From Takakia lepidozioides (taxonomy: Eukaryota; Plantae; Bryophyta): a stretch of 64,000 nucleotides of DNA. A program made the position numbers and the translations under genes. The notes under the pieces were generated by a model that saw only the letters and a list, made by a program, of their open reading frames with translations, did no database searches and was not told where the DNA came from. Position 1 is the first letter of the stretch. The number at the start of each line of letters is the position of its first letter. This document shows, one piece after another, positions 36,201 to 48,355 of this stretch. The stretch is taken from NCBI GenBank assembly GCA_030704615.1, contig CM060733.1, forward strand, positions 46,066,001 through 46,130,000. Direction: 5' to 3'.

Positions 36201-37076
36201 TGCTGCACTGGAGTACAATCGGGTTATGATTATGCCCTTCAACCAAATTCCCATTGTGATGGATTTGGAAGGAATTCAGTCCTCCACAATCTTTGGCACA
36301 TTATTACCAGATCATGCGCATTTGGTTGTGAGTGGCAACTCGGACTAAGGTTCTTCCGAACAATCGACCCATTGAGGATCATCATTTTGCAAGGTACTGG
36401 TCTGAGGTAGGCACCATGTTGAAGGAATTAATTGCCTTCTAGGTTGTTCATGGGTACATCTACACCAAGACCAAGGATGTATCTAGTTTGGTCATGGGCT
36501 GTGGATTGTACTATGCTGCTTGTTTCATTGCACATTATTACATTGAGCAACAGAAGATGCAGTCAAGATTTCTGAGTTATTCCAGTGGAGATCATTGGGT
36601 CTTATCTTCAGTTCCACCCCATATGTATTTGTATGATGCGAAAGTCATGATGCAGAAGGATTCCCAGCTTCGTTCATGGTTTAATTTGGCTTGGAACAAC
36701 TTGGCAAAAGAAAAATTGGGCCATGACGATATTTTTTATAAGGGACCTGAAGCCTGGAAATACTTACATTGGAATTGGCACACCTCTCACCTATACGGCC
36801 AAGGAGTTCCGGGAGTTCACTCATTTTGCATGCAAGAGATTAAAGCAAGTAGTATAGTTCAAGCTTCCCGACATGGTGGGCCAACATTGTATGCCACGCA
36901 GGATTCCTGAGGAGCCACTTAAAGTTCGGCCACCGAAACACCTCAGGGGGGAAGATGATTCTGATACTACAGGTTCTACGGAGGAACCTTTTGACATGGC
37001 GGAGGACTATGCACTACAGATGGCAGAGAAGAAACGGCGGGGATCTCCTATGCCTGAGAGGTTACCTCGTTATTAA
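33229..37076 (+). pseudogene. Long extra ORF downstream of pol in gypsy A (Athila-ORF2/Transposase_32-like N-part plus coiled coil), fragmented by stops
   Basis: Successive same-strand ORFs (33550, 33913, 34771, 35292, 36109, 36488). Motif IQFVQNF...VRGVDIEITP..LQQQFELP and a heptad-rich region at ~35050-35930. A homologous start is present in copy B. Confidence 0.65.
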
Positions 37077-37260
37077 CCATAGGAGGGTCAGACATTTCCA
37101 TTTGGTGCTCAATCGCCTCCATCAGCCACTGACAGGGCCCGGGCTCGCACACAGAGCCCTCCAAAAGGCTCTCACCGTCAGAAGAGTGCTCGCTCACAAA
37201 GGTTTGCTGATCCTAACAATAAACCGTGAGGACACGGCTTTTTGAGGGGGGGAGGGCTAA

Positions 37261-38155
37261 TGTTAGAGGGCTGTCTGGGACTTAGACAGTTTTACATTAA
37301 TTTTGCGCAGACTTACGGATGGTAGACTTAGACCAACAGAGGCCTTAGGGGTGACAGGCACAGGCTTTAAGGGTGAAAGACAGGCTTACACACTCAGTCA
37401 CAGTCAGACACAGCCTTACACAGCCCGACACAGCCCGACACAACTCAACACAGCTTTGCACAGTCAGTCACAGCCCGACACAGCTTTACACAACCAGTCA
37501 CAGCTCGGCACAGTCACAGCCTGACACAGTTTGACACAACCATCACAGCGTATATAGGGAACGGTTATCATTGGCAGGGAATGACATCTGCGGAAGGAAC
37601 GTGTTTACTTCTTGGGTGACGGTTAGAACAGCTTGCAGGTAGATTAGGCAGAGTAGCAACTTGGGGGGGGGGGGGGTCTTCTTATCATCAGCAGAGGAGA
37701 TCAGGTGGAAAAACATGAACTAGATGAGGGATGGAGAGTACAGTGATGGAGGGGACGCGAACTGCTGATGTTTGATGAATGCAAGCTATAGAGATATACT
37801 GTAGAGCAGACTAGGATTACCATGGCTTCGGCTTGAAACTTGATAGATCTTAATCTGATATATTCCATACTCACATTGTGTAGAGAGACCTGAGTGAAGC
37901 TGTGGAATGAATGGATGAGTGATTGGGAACCTGAAAGATTGCTGAAACAATCTGATGCATAAATATAAACAGTAAGGTAATTTGCTGACATGAAGGCAAG
38001 AAAGAATACAAACATGAAACACTTCCATGATACACTAGTTGAAGGTCATGACTGATTGTTCTGAGCGGGCTAAGTGCTTAGAAATATCCAACTCTTCTAT
38101 CTTGGAGTTCCCACCTCGGATAGCGAAGGGATGGGTGAGTAAAAGCCGCTCGACA
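37261..38155 (+). repeat. 3' LTR of gypsy A (895 bp)
   Basis: TGTTAGAGGGCT...AGCCGCTCGACA with imperfect terminal inverted repeats, directly after the PPT. Homologous to the LTRs at 52846-54746. Confidence 0.9.
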
Positions 38156-38685
38156 CCTAGGGGTCGCACCCCGCGATGGAAAGCTGTCAAAGGGGGCCAA
38201 GTGTTTTTTTATATTTATGGGGCCCGGGGTCGCAAGCCGACAGCCCACCGTCACCAATACCATTTTACATTTTTTTAAAAAGGCGGGGCGCAGGCGTGCG
38301 ACGGCCGGGCGTCGCACGTAGGCGCCGTGCCCTTTTTTTCCCCTAAGTGCTTGAAGCACCTCTTTCCCCTTCCGTTTTCATTTGTTCTTTGGGAGAGAGG
38401 TAGTTCAGAGAGTGGGGTTTAGGGTGGAGGAGAAACGCACTTGCTGCTGAGCCCGAGGTGGTTGCAAGGCCCCAAGGAGGCCGCTCCAACGCCCAAGGTA
38501 AGCACCGCCTCCTCCCTCACTTTCTCTCTTGCTTTCTTGCCCTAAGAATGGGCTGATCTCTCTCTCCCCTATGTGGTAGCAACGCCGCCCAGAGGCACGA
38601 TCTAAACGAGCTGAAGAGAGAAAGAGTCGTGGTGAGGGGGGGAGAGACACCCTGCAGCGGCGGGGACCCGCGCCGTTGGCAGCTG

Positions 38686-38875
38686 TGTCGAGCGGCTTTT
38701 ACTCACCCATCCCTTCGCTATCCGAGGTGAAAACTCCAAGATAGAAGAGTTGGATATCTGTAAGCACTCAGCCCGCTCAGAACAATCAGTCATGACCTAC
38801 AACTAGTGTATCATGGGAGTGCTTCATGTTTGTATTTCTTCTTGCCTTCATGTTAGCAAATTACCTTACTGTTTA
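38686..38875 (-). repeat. Truncated LTR fragment (3' end) of the A/B family
   Basis: Reverse complement of ~37965-38155; homology stops at ~38875. Confidence 0.85.
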
Positions 38876-38989
38876 CCTGGAGAGCCGGGACCTCCAGGAC
38901 CTCCCCACATAGAAATTCGCCGTCTATTTTGCAGTTTCATTCCCCAAAATTTACCTCGTTCCCGGGACCTCATTATGTGTGTGTTTCTT

Positions 38990-41640
38990 GAATGCAGGTA
39001 CTGCAAGTTCTCCTTGTTGGAGAAAGGTCATTTGTCCTTCGAGCCGCCATTCTTCCTCGCATGGAGGAACCCTGGAGCTGACTCCATGTACACTGACGTT
39101 ATCGTGAAGGAGTGGAATCTGGAACATTTGCGCGATTGCCCATGGGTTGCACATGCACATGTTTCTTTGGCCCATACAATGTAACTGTCATGCAGATTGT
39201 GCTGTTGTCATAATGCACTGTGTTCGTGGATGCGCATAATTCATGAGGCGATGGAAAACGTGATGTGAGTTCAATGCCCGTGCACCCTTCTTTATCGTAA
39301 ATCTTATGGTTTACCTTCAATCCTGTTTGAAACTGCAGTGTATGCTTACATTGTCCATGCAGCCACTTGACATGCTTTGTGGGGTCTGTTCAGGATTTGT
39401 TGTGGTGCAATGGTGAACAAGACTACGGACGTCTGGTTCTTCCAAGATTCGTTGTCCCCTCAGATCCCTCTTAGACTAGAAGATGCAGATGATCTGGTGG
39501 ATGCCGTGTGATGGACTTTTGGGTGTGTTGCAAAAAATTGTCCCTTCCACATAATGTGCTTGCAACACCGAGGATTCACCATAGTCGAAGCTGTCTGCAC
39601 ACATCCAAAGCAGATGTTGCACATGAGCCCGGGTTGGGGGGGTGCTATTCCGTGAGCCCGGAGGCGTGAGCCTGTGAGCCTAGGAGCCCGTGAGCCTAGC
39701 ACAGGCTCACGCCACGTCAGCATGCATACATGGCCTATTTCCGCGGGTGTCACCTATTACCGCGAGTTGATCAGCCATTTTCAGGGAATGCAGACTAGAT
39801 GTGTTACATCCATTGTATCCATCCTTTCTATCCATTGCATCTATTTAGACGTTATTAACATACCAAGCCCTTGCATTGGAATGTGGCTACGTCGTGAGCA
39901 GGTGCACACTCACATCATCCAAAGCGGATCCCTGCGAAATGTTTTCTTACTTACCACCCTTGCCAACATGTATGGTATGTGCGGGAGCATCATGGATGCT
40001 TAACAGAAGAATGCATGAACGATCTTTGATCACATGGATTTTAACGTGGTAGATTTACCAAACATTCTTCTGGCTAGAATGGTTGGGAGACCAACGAGCA
40101 AATGATGCGAGAAATGCACTGCCCAAACCAAAGACGTTTGTTTGTTTTTGCAATGCACACAAGACTGTGAGCTCCGGAAAACACTAAAGAGATTGAAGGA
40201 ACAATATGGGCAGTCCATGCAACCCCCATCTCCAACGATAGTTTGTTCCCAGGAATTTGCATCCCACGCACACATTGCAAACAAGACAACAATGACACAC
40301 CACCATCCCATCTCAAAATTGGCCCCGAATAAAAGTAAAAGAAAACTTGATATCAAGTGACAAAGTCATCAGAATCAGAATCGACCTCCTGTGCTATGTC
40401 ATCCACAAAGATTCCGGCCCCAACACCACGTCTTCTACCACGACCGTCGATGGTTGGACTGCGAGTGCCATGAACGGACATGCTTGCTGCGAGTGCCTCC
40501 ACATAGACGGGTAGCATGTAAGACTGAGGAGGACTTGAAAGAAGTCCAAGAAGTTGTGATAGCCCTGGACAGTGGAAGCACACGGACTCCTGCACAAGTC
40601 GACAAAAACCCATTTTGAATACAATGATGCAATGCACAAGTCCAACAAAGAGGATGTCTCTCATGTTCACCTTGCCTTAAGAACAGTGATTCTAGTGCAA
40701 CAAGAATGCAAGCATCCACAGGTTGAACTTACTCACAGGCAAAGTCAGAGTCCAGCTCCTTGTCGGACGTCTCCCCTGTATCAATATCACCGAGAAGCGG
40801 CTTTGGAAGGACTTGAGAAGTTTGTCCACCCCAAACCCATCAGGAGGTTCTTGTAAATTTCGGCATCCCCTTCATGTGGACCTTCCGCCCGGCTCGCTTG
40901 ACTCATCCGAGTTTCAATTGAAGCTCGATGCGGAGGCCCGACGAAACCGGGCTCCGCTGCCTCCGCTGGGTCCAAAGGAGCCGAAAGCGCTTGCCAAGTC
41001 CAGGAAAGCGGCAGAGCTTGCTCAGGCAGGTATTCAGGAGAAATTGAATGAGAAGAATAAAGGACAAAAGAAAAGGACACGGAAACATGGGAGTACAGTA
41101 ACCCCCAAAAAACAGAAAACCACTGGGGCGCCAGAGGAGGCGCTGGAGGGTCCTCAAGGGAGTGACTCCGACAACGACTTTGTGCAAGGTCCTGCGACTG
41201 CTGCTGCTGCTACCAAGTCACCGGTCGTCCGGGTTCCCAAGTCAGTTCGGACTGGGACTGGCTCTGCCAAGAAGTTGGCATTTGAGGGCGAGCCAACATG
41301 GCGGTATTCGGCGGTGACGTTTCAGCAGAGGCCAAAGCTAGAACCCCCAACCATCATCCAATGCGTCAATGACAGCTTCCTTGATGCTCTGGCTGCCGGG
41401 CGAAGAAGTTGGAAGCCATGATGGAATTCTTCACAGCTGTTAGCAGAGATTGCAAGAGCACTCAAGGGGGGGGGGGGGGTTTGAGGTGGAGAGAGCCTGC
41501 GATATGATTTTCCTCGATATTCCAGATGGGGAGCTGTTGGAGGGCCTGGATGGTGTGCCCACCTGGATCAAGTTTACAAAGGACTACTGAGAGCCGGGTT
41601 TGGGCTGGCGGGGATGCATCACCATTCCAAACAAAATAGG
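38990..41640 (+). pseudogene. Unidentified degenerate coding region, probably TE-derived, including a short PPR fragment
   Basis: Exon-like pieces and a Lys/Arg-rich ORF at 40723-41421. PPR fragment EQVHTHIIQSG..NVFLLTTLANMYGMCGSIMDA at ~39895-40040. Confidence 0.35.
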
Positions 41641-41724
41641 ACGCACAACATTTGGAAACCATTTCTTTTATAACAAAATTTGTACAATACAAGTTTTTGC
41701 AATTGGATTCCTGAGCTAGCTAAT

Positions 41725-43436
41725 TTCCTCCCCTACGCTCTAAGGTTGATGTCCCCATCAACGCTTCTTCCGCTTTTGAGGTCGCCCTTCGAAAGCTGCA
41801 ACCGCCTCAGATGCGTTTCCCATTTCTGAGGCACGTACCCAAGATGCCTCCACATGATGATAGCCCTTCCATTTCACGAGATACTCCGTTTCTCAATTCT
41901 TGAACCTCCTCGACTTAAGCACTGCCTCTACCTCGTACTCAGGTTCATTTTCATGATCCAACAGCACAGGTGGCGGACGCAACACTTGAGGCCGATTCGA
42001 ACGTGCTTCATCTTTGAAGTAAGGCTTCAAAAGGGAGACGTGGAATACCAGATGCACCTTGCTGTTTGTCGGCAGCTCCAATTCATACACATCCTCATTC
42101 ATAACCTTCCGGATGCGAAAGGGTCCCGCATACGGAGGTACGAACTTCGGACTCACTTCCGGAGGTAGTCGAAATTTTTTGATGTTCAACTAGACCTCCG
42201 TGCCTGCCTCAAACTTAACCTCCCTCCGCTTCCGATTTGCCTGCCGTTCATACCGCTTCCTAGCTTTGGCAATGTTGTAGTTTGCGAGCTTCAACAAACG
42301 CTCGCGTTCTTCCAGCACTGCCGCTGCTGCCGGTTCCTCAACGTCTTGGGCGGCCCAACTTGTCGGCACCAGAGGTGCTTTTCCATAGACCAATATGAAA
42401 GGGGAAACTCCTGTTGCGGAATGTTTTGTGTTATTATAACAGAACTCTGTCGCATCCAAGTGCTCCACCCAATCCGATTGGTCTGCCGACATGTAATTCC
42501 GCAAGATCTGCTTCACCACGGAATTCACCCTTTCCGTTTGGCCGTCCGTTGTAGGTCGGAAGGCGGTGCTCATTTTGAGCCTCGTCCCCATTTTCTTCCA
42601 AAGTACCCTCCAAAATTTACTAGTATACTTTGGATCGCGGTCCGAGACAATATCCTTCGGGAGTCCATGATGCTTGAAGACGTGGGCGAAGTAAAGTCGC
42701 CCCGTCTCCTGCGCCGTTGTCGTCTCCTTGGTGGGGATGAAATGACCCATTTTACTGAACCTATCCACCACCACCATGATTGCGTCGAATCTTTTGACAC
42801 CGGCATAGCAGTCATGAAGTCCATCGAGACACTTTCCCAAGACCCCTCTGGAATTGGCAAGGGTTGTAACAGCCCCGCTTGCTTTTTGTACTCGCTCCGG
42901 TTTTGTTGGCATGTGGTGCATGTCTTGACATACTCCTCGGCCTCCTCCCTCAGTTTGGGCCAGAAATACTCTTTCTTCAGGAGTGCCGCGGTGCGCTTGG
43001 CTCCGCCGTGGCCCGCAAGCGGGCCATCATGGCATTCTCTCAAGAGACTATCTCTGATCCCTCCCATCAGCACATAGAGACGTTTTTTGCTTATACCGGA
43101 GCAGTCCATTTTGCAAGTGGAATTGCGATTTAACCCCCATCCTCAAGTCCCGCGTCACGGACTTCGCCATCTCATCCTTCCGGTAAGCCTTCCGAATCTT
43201 CCTTTGGAGTGTCGTCTCGCCCCTGTACACCATCATGAGCTGCTGCTTTCTACTTAAAGCATCGGCCACCACATTGTCCCGTCCCGGTTTGTACTGGATA
43301 TCCACGTCGAACAGTGCCAAAGTGTCTTGCCACCTAATTTGTTTTGGGGACAACTTAGGCTGCGTGGCAAAATACTTCACCATGACATTGTCCGTGAACA
43401 CCTTCACCGGGTTGGAGCCAATATAGTGGCGCCAAA
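41725..43436 (-). mobile_element. Chromovirus (Ty3/gypsy) fragment: RNase H end, integrase, chromodomain
   Basis: WRHYIG..KVFTDN, ECHDGPLAGHGG, SVSMDF, VVVDRFSKMGHFIP, SDRD, TDGQTER, YAGPFRI, EYEVEAVL...YLVKWKGY. PPT-like AGGGGAGGA at ~41730; no LTR recognised. Confidence 0.92.
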
Positions 43437-46400
43437 GCTCAAGGCAATGTGACTTCTTCCTCCCTCTCCAAAGGTCGTGCTTCTAGCAATAACATCCCCA
43501 TGTGCTGCTGCTGCTGCTCCTGTACAAGAGCTATGGAAACATCTTGTGGTTTCCTTATAGCTAGTGGATCTGCCACTACCGTCACATCCCGCTTCCGCTT
43601 CTTAGACTGGTGCTGCCCCTCCAATCCGCCTTCACCTTGTGAAGAGCCCTGCTCCTCAATTGCAGTTGTAGCCATCTCAAACACTCCCATCTCCTTGCGC
43701 TCTCGCGCATCAAGCAAACAAGAGTCAAGGATAATTTACACAATTATTGGGCTAGATACAATGATCGGGGACTTAGCAGCAGTGTTTTGTAACCGCTTCA
43801 TTTCTTCCACCAGACCATTGTACATTAATTCCGCCCAAGCCACATCCTCTCCCCTCAAGGCTTTCAATACTTCCTCCGTGAAAGATCAGCTAAGATACTG
43901 TTGGTTCTGTTTCATGGTAAACAAAACATTCAGTATTTGGCCTACCTCCCTTAACCCCGGGTACTCGGCCTTGGTGTAGGTGTATCCCTGAGTCTTAAAG
44001 AAACTCGTTTCTTGGAACAAATTCCCAATTTGCAATCTTGCCCTGTGCTCGTCCACATTCACATGGCCCGATGGCAATTCAAACAGTTGCTACAAATATT
44101 GGGGAATAATCTCTATATCTACTCTACTCACCTGTGTTACTCCTGTCCGAGGCTCAAAGTTCTGAATGAATTGAAGCATGAACCCCCGATGATGCAAGGA
44201 CCATTCCTTGCGTAGCAGCCCTTCCAATCGTAACTCCTTCAGCAGCTGCACTGCCTATGGTGTAGCAATTGTCTGCTTCTGCAGAATCGTGGTGCTCTTC
44301 ACCCTGATATCCTCCATTCCCCTAATTCTCTTCATCCTAGACAAACAAGAAGACCTTGTTTGGAATAGCTGTAGGAAAGCTTGCAGAGCATAAAGCATGA
44401 AAGCATGGTTGGCACAGAATGGAACGGGTAAGTGAGTGTAAGCCTGCGGGGCTTGCAAATAATGAGTGAGAGAGAATGTACTCTCAACCAGTCCGTCCTT
44501 GCGCCACTGCGTAAGAAGTAAAGCGAGCGTATAATCTGTGATATCCGCCATAGCTACAAAGCTATAGCTTTGATTGCCCCTCCCGTCAAGACATTGGTTA
44601 TTCGGAGCAACCCCGACTCTTCCGCTCATAACTTTCCTAATTTCTTGTTCTTGTTTCTTGGAAGGAACCCCTTGCATGAAATTCACGTTCCTGATTGGCT
44701 GTTGCCTCCTCGGGTAACTTCTCAATTTTATCCCCATCTGCTCACATTCCCACTTGGAATGCCCACTAGGACAACACATGTGGCAAAGGTCCCCCTTTGC
44801 TGTACACGTAAAGGGTTCCGTTACCTGCTCCCTGGATGCGTTAATGGGCCCGCAATTAGTTTCAGCTGCTGTACCGGGTAGGTATTTCGACAGCCCTGTT
44901 TGTCTTCTTGCATGATGGTACCCACTATCGCAGTACATGCAAAGCGGAGTGCTTCGCCCTTTAGGCCACGTGTTTGCATTCAAACACTCTCCCGTCTCCC
45001 TCTGTCCGCGAGGCTTTTTCTCCGAGTTTGACTTCCACACTGCCTTCACACTTACCAGCCACGTTTTTTTATGTTAACCCACGTCCACCTGTCACCGACC
45101 CTACAGACTGCGCAACCTGTGTGGGCTGCGTTGGGCTGTGACAGGCTGTGTCAAACTGTGATGAGTTGTGATAGGCTGTGTCACACTATGGTAGGCTGTG
45201 ATAGGCTGTGCTACACTGTGGTGGACTGCGATAAGTTGTGATAACTGTGTGAACACCTGTGTTCTCCGCCCTGACCATACACACTCGACTTTATGACAAG
45301 TGCTTCATGCTCCGTTGGTGTTACCCGTGTAGCCTGTGACTGCATCTGTATTTCAAGATGTAAATCATGTTGCAATGGTTTATCATGGATACTACTGTAT
45401 CCCTTCAGCTTATTGGCATTTACTCTTCCAATCATCTCTTTGTTAATGGTTTGTAACATGGCTGTGTTGTTATCATACATCTTCTGTATGACATAAGGTC
45501 CTTTCCATGGTGATTTAAGCCTAGAAGCTTTAATCTTTTCCTTCTTCTGCAATCACAGTACCAGATCACCCGTCTTAAAAGTCTTCAATTTACCTTCATC
45601 AAACTGATCCTTCCTCTTCATCTGAATTCTGGTCATGTTATCTGCTGCATCAACACGTACTTCTTCCACATGATATAATTCATGTTTCCTGACTTTAATT
45701 GAATCTTTCAATTCCATTCTTCTTCCCCATTTTGTTCTCATAGTAGGTAATAAGAATTCCACTGGAAGTAAAGCTTCCATACCATAAACTAATTGGAATG
45801 GTGTATACTTGGTTGTGACTTTATATGAAGTCTTGTATGACCACAAAGCTGTCAGTAGCTTTGTATCCTAATCTGTTATGTTTGCATTGACTATCTTAGC
45901 CAGGATAGTACATCGTATTTTATTGGTGGCCTCTGCCTGCCCATTACCCTGTGGGTAATAGGTTGTACTCTTCCTGTGTATAATCATGAACTCTTTAGTC
46001 AATAGTTCTATGGTCTCATTAATGAAGTGACTTCCTTGGTCACTGATAAATTCCAGGGGACAGCCAAATCTTGTGAGTATGTTCTCATATAGGAACCTTG
46101 TTATGGCTTAGCTGTGTTGTCCCTCAGAGCCTTAGCTTCCACCCACTTTGTAGTGTAATCAATGGTTGTGATTATATACCTGTTCTGTGTATTCCTGGCT
46201 GGTGGATTAATTGGTCCAACAAAGTCTAGTCCCTATTTCTGAAATGGTTCAGTAGGCATCGTAGGATGCAAAGCCATCTTCCCCGATCTTTGCAAAGGTC
46301 CTAGCCTCTAACACTCATCACAATTCTTGCAATACTTGTGTACATCTTTGAACAAAGTAGGCCACCAGTATCCTGTAAGTAGTATTTTTCTACTGGTAGT

Positions 46401-47631
46401 CTCCTCTCCAAAATGACCTCTAGCCACTCCTTTATGAACTTCTTCCAAAACTTTATTTACTTCATGGTGGTACAAGCATCGTTTAAGAACTCCATCAGGT
46501 CCTAGCTTATACAATCTTCCACCTATCATAGTGTAGGGTAAAGCCTTGATAGCTATCCTCTTCCTCTGTTCCTTCCCATAATTGGGTGGGCACTGACCAT
46601 GAGTAAGGTAATATCTGATCGGCCACTGCCAATCTAACCAATCATCTCCACTTTCCTACACTTCCACTACAAATAAACTCGCATCAGGTAGTTGGTCATC
46701 TACCCCCATGGTGGGCTCTCCTGTTGATATGTATGACAAGTGATCTGCCACAAGAAGCAACCGGCCAGGCTTGTAAACAACTTCAAATTCAAACTTATGC
46801 AAGATTATTAACCATCTCGTTATCCTGCCACTTATCAAAGGCTTGTTCACTAGATAAATCAAAGCCTGATGATCCACATACAACATGAACTTCCTTCCCA
46901 ATAGGTAATGCCTGAATTTCTTGACTGCATAAATCATTGCCAATGTTTCTCTTTCAGTTGTGCTATAGTTCATTTCAGCACTGTTCCACAACCTGCTAGC
47001 ATAGTACATAGATGAATCTATGTTTCCTGTGACATTTTGGGCTAACACAGCTCCCAATGCTTCTCCCGAGGCATCACACTGTGCATGAAATACTACATGC
47101 CAATGTGGATTAATCAGCACAGGTGTAGTTGTTACTGACAATGTACGTTCCTCAAATGCCCGTTGACATTCAACTATCCATGCAAACCCTGCATCCTTCT
47201 TCAAAAGCTTGCTCAAGGGTGCTGCTATCTGTTCATACCGTTTGACAAACCTTCTATAGTAGCTGGTTTGTCCAAGGAATCTCCTTAGACTCTTAACGTT
47301 ACTTGGTGGTGGTGAGGCCTTAATAGCCTCTGTCTTTCTAGGATCCACAAGCAATCCCTTCTTACACACAATGTATCCCAGAAGTACCCTTGAGTTCACA
47401 CAGAAAGTACACTTTTCTGGATTCAGACCGAGACCTCTCACCCTGCATCTGGCCAAACATAATTCCAACTTCTGTAAGTGCTCATTCTTAGAGCTGTACA
47501 CACTGAAGTCATCTAAGAACACTTGCATGAAATCATCCAGATACTCATGGAATGATTCACTTATCATTTTCTGAAAAGTTGCTGGTGCATTACGAAGTCC
47601 CAAAGGCATGACTTTGTATGCATAAGCCCCC

Positions 47632-47962
47632 CCCGAAAGCTCCTATTCTGTCAGTTACCAACGCAATTCCATCAGTGACGAAGGTCAACGAAGGTGAACA
47701 AGAACATTTCAATCTGCCCAACGAATCTGCCCGGAAAATTTTTAGAGTTTGAAATTGAATAAAAGATCACATTCCAAAAAGCGAAAAGTACCTTATACAA
47801 GGACAGAAGAGCTACATTCGTTCAACTTAGGTCCAACAAATATATATATTTTTCACCAGCATCATTGGACATTTCCGTAGTATACGATAATCCAAGCTAG
47901 AGATTAAAACGGCTAAAAAACATGCATAATTCTTCCACGTTAGAAGTCCTTATCTCATGTTG

Positions 47963-47993
<31 letters not shown>

Positions 47994-48355
47994 CCCCCAA
48001 CATCCATTTATTTCGTTTTACCTTTATGTTCTCCCGCTCAACCTCCACCTTCGGCAACCAAAGGTGCATGTCAGTACAATGTTGGTTTTATTTTTATTTT
48101 ATTTTATTTTTCGACATCCATTTATTTCGTTTTTACCTTTATGTTCTCCCGTTCAGCCTCCACCTTCGGCAGCCAAAGGTGGCATGTCAGTACAATCCCG
48201 TGTCATTTTTCATTATTGTTTATCACAAATCCAAGCATACAATTACGGGCAGCCCGAGAAAAAATATCATATTGTCATGTGGCCGCCGTTTGCGCATCCA
48301 CGTCACACTGATGGCTGATGACTGATGGCTGATAGCTGATAGAATAGCAAACCCC
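47632..48355. mobile_element. ~724-bp non-coding, AT-rich insertion in the RT of copy B (non-autonomous element)
   Basis: Interrupts DWG|AYAYKVMP and is flanked by GCCCCC on both sides. Subterminal inverted match CTATTCT(G/A)TCAG(T/C)TA(C/T)CA, internal ~115-bp duplication and poly-T. Absent from copy A. Confidence 0.8.

Larger units (their letters stand above)
30661..38155 (+). mobile_element. Ty3/gypsy copy A, right part (RT C-half, RNase H, integrase, extra ORF, PPT, 3' LTR)
   Basis: Resumes RT at the TSD (GHIVCKRG). RNase H HCDAS/YYASR/VDHQAL; integrase H..GGHFG..C..C, WGLDFVGP, SDHGSHF, GQAEATNK. PPT GAGGGGGGAGGG at ~37244-37256. Confidence 0.93.
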
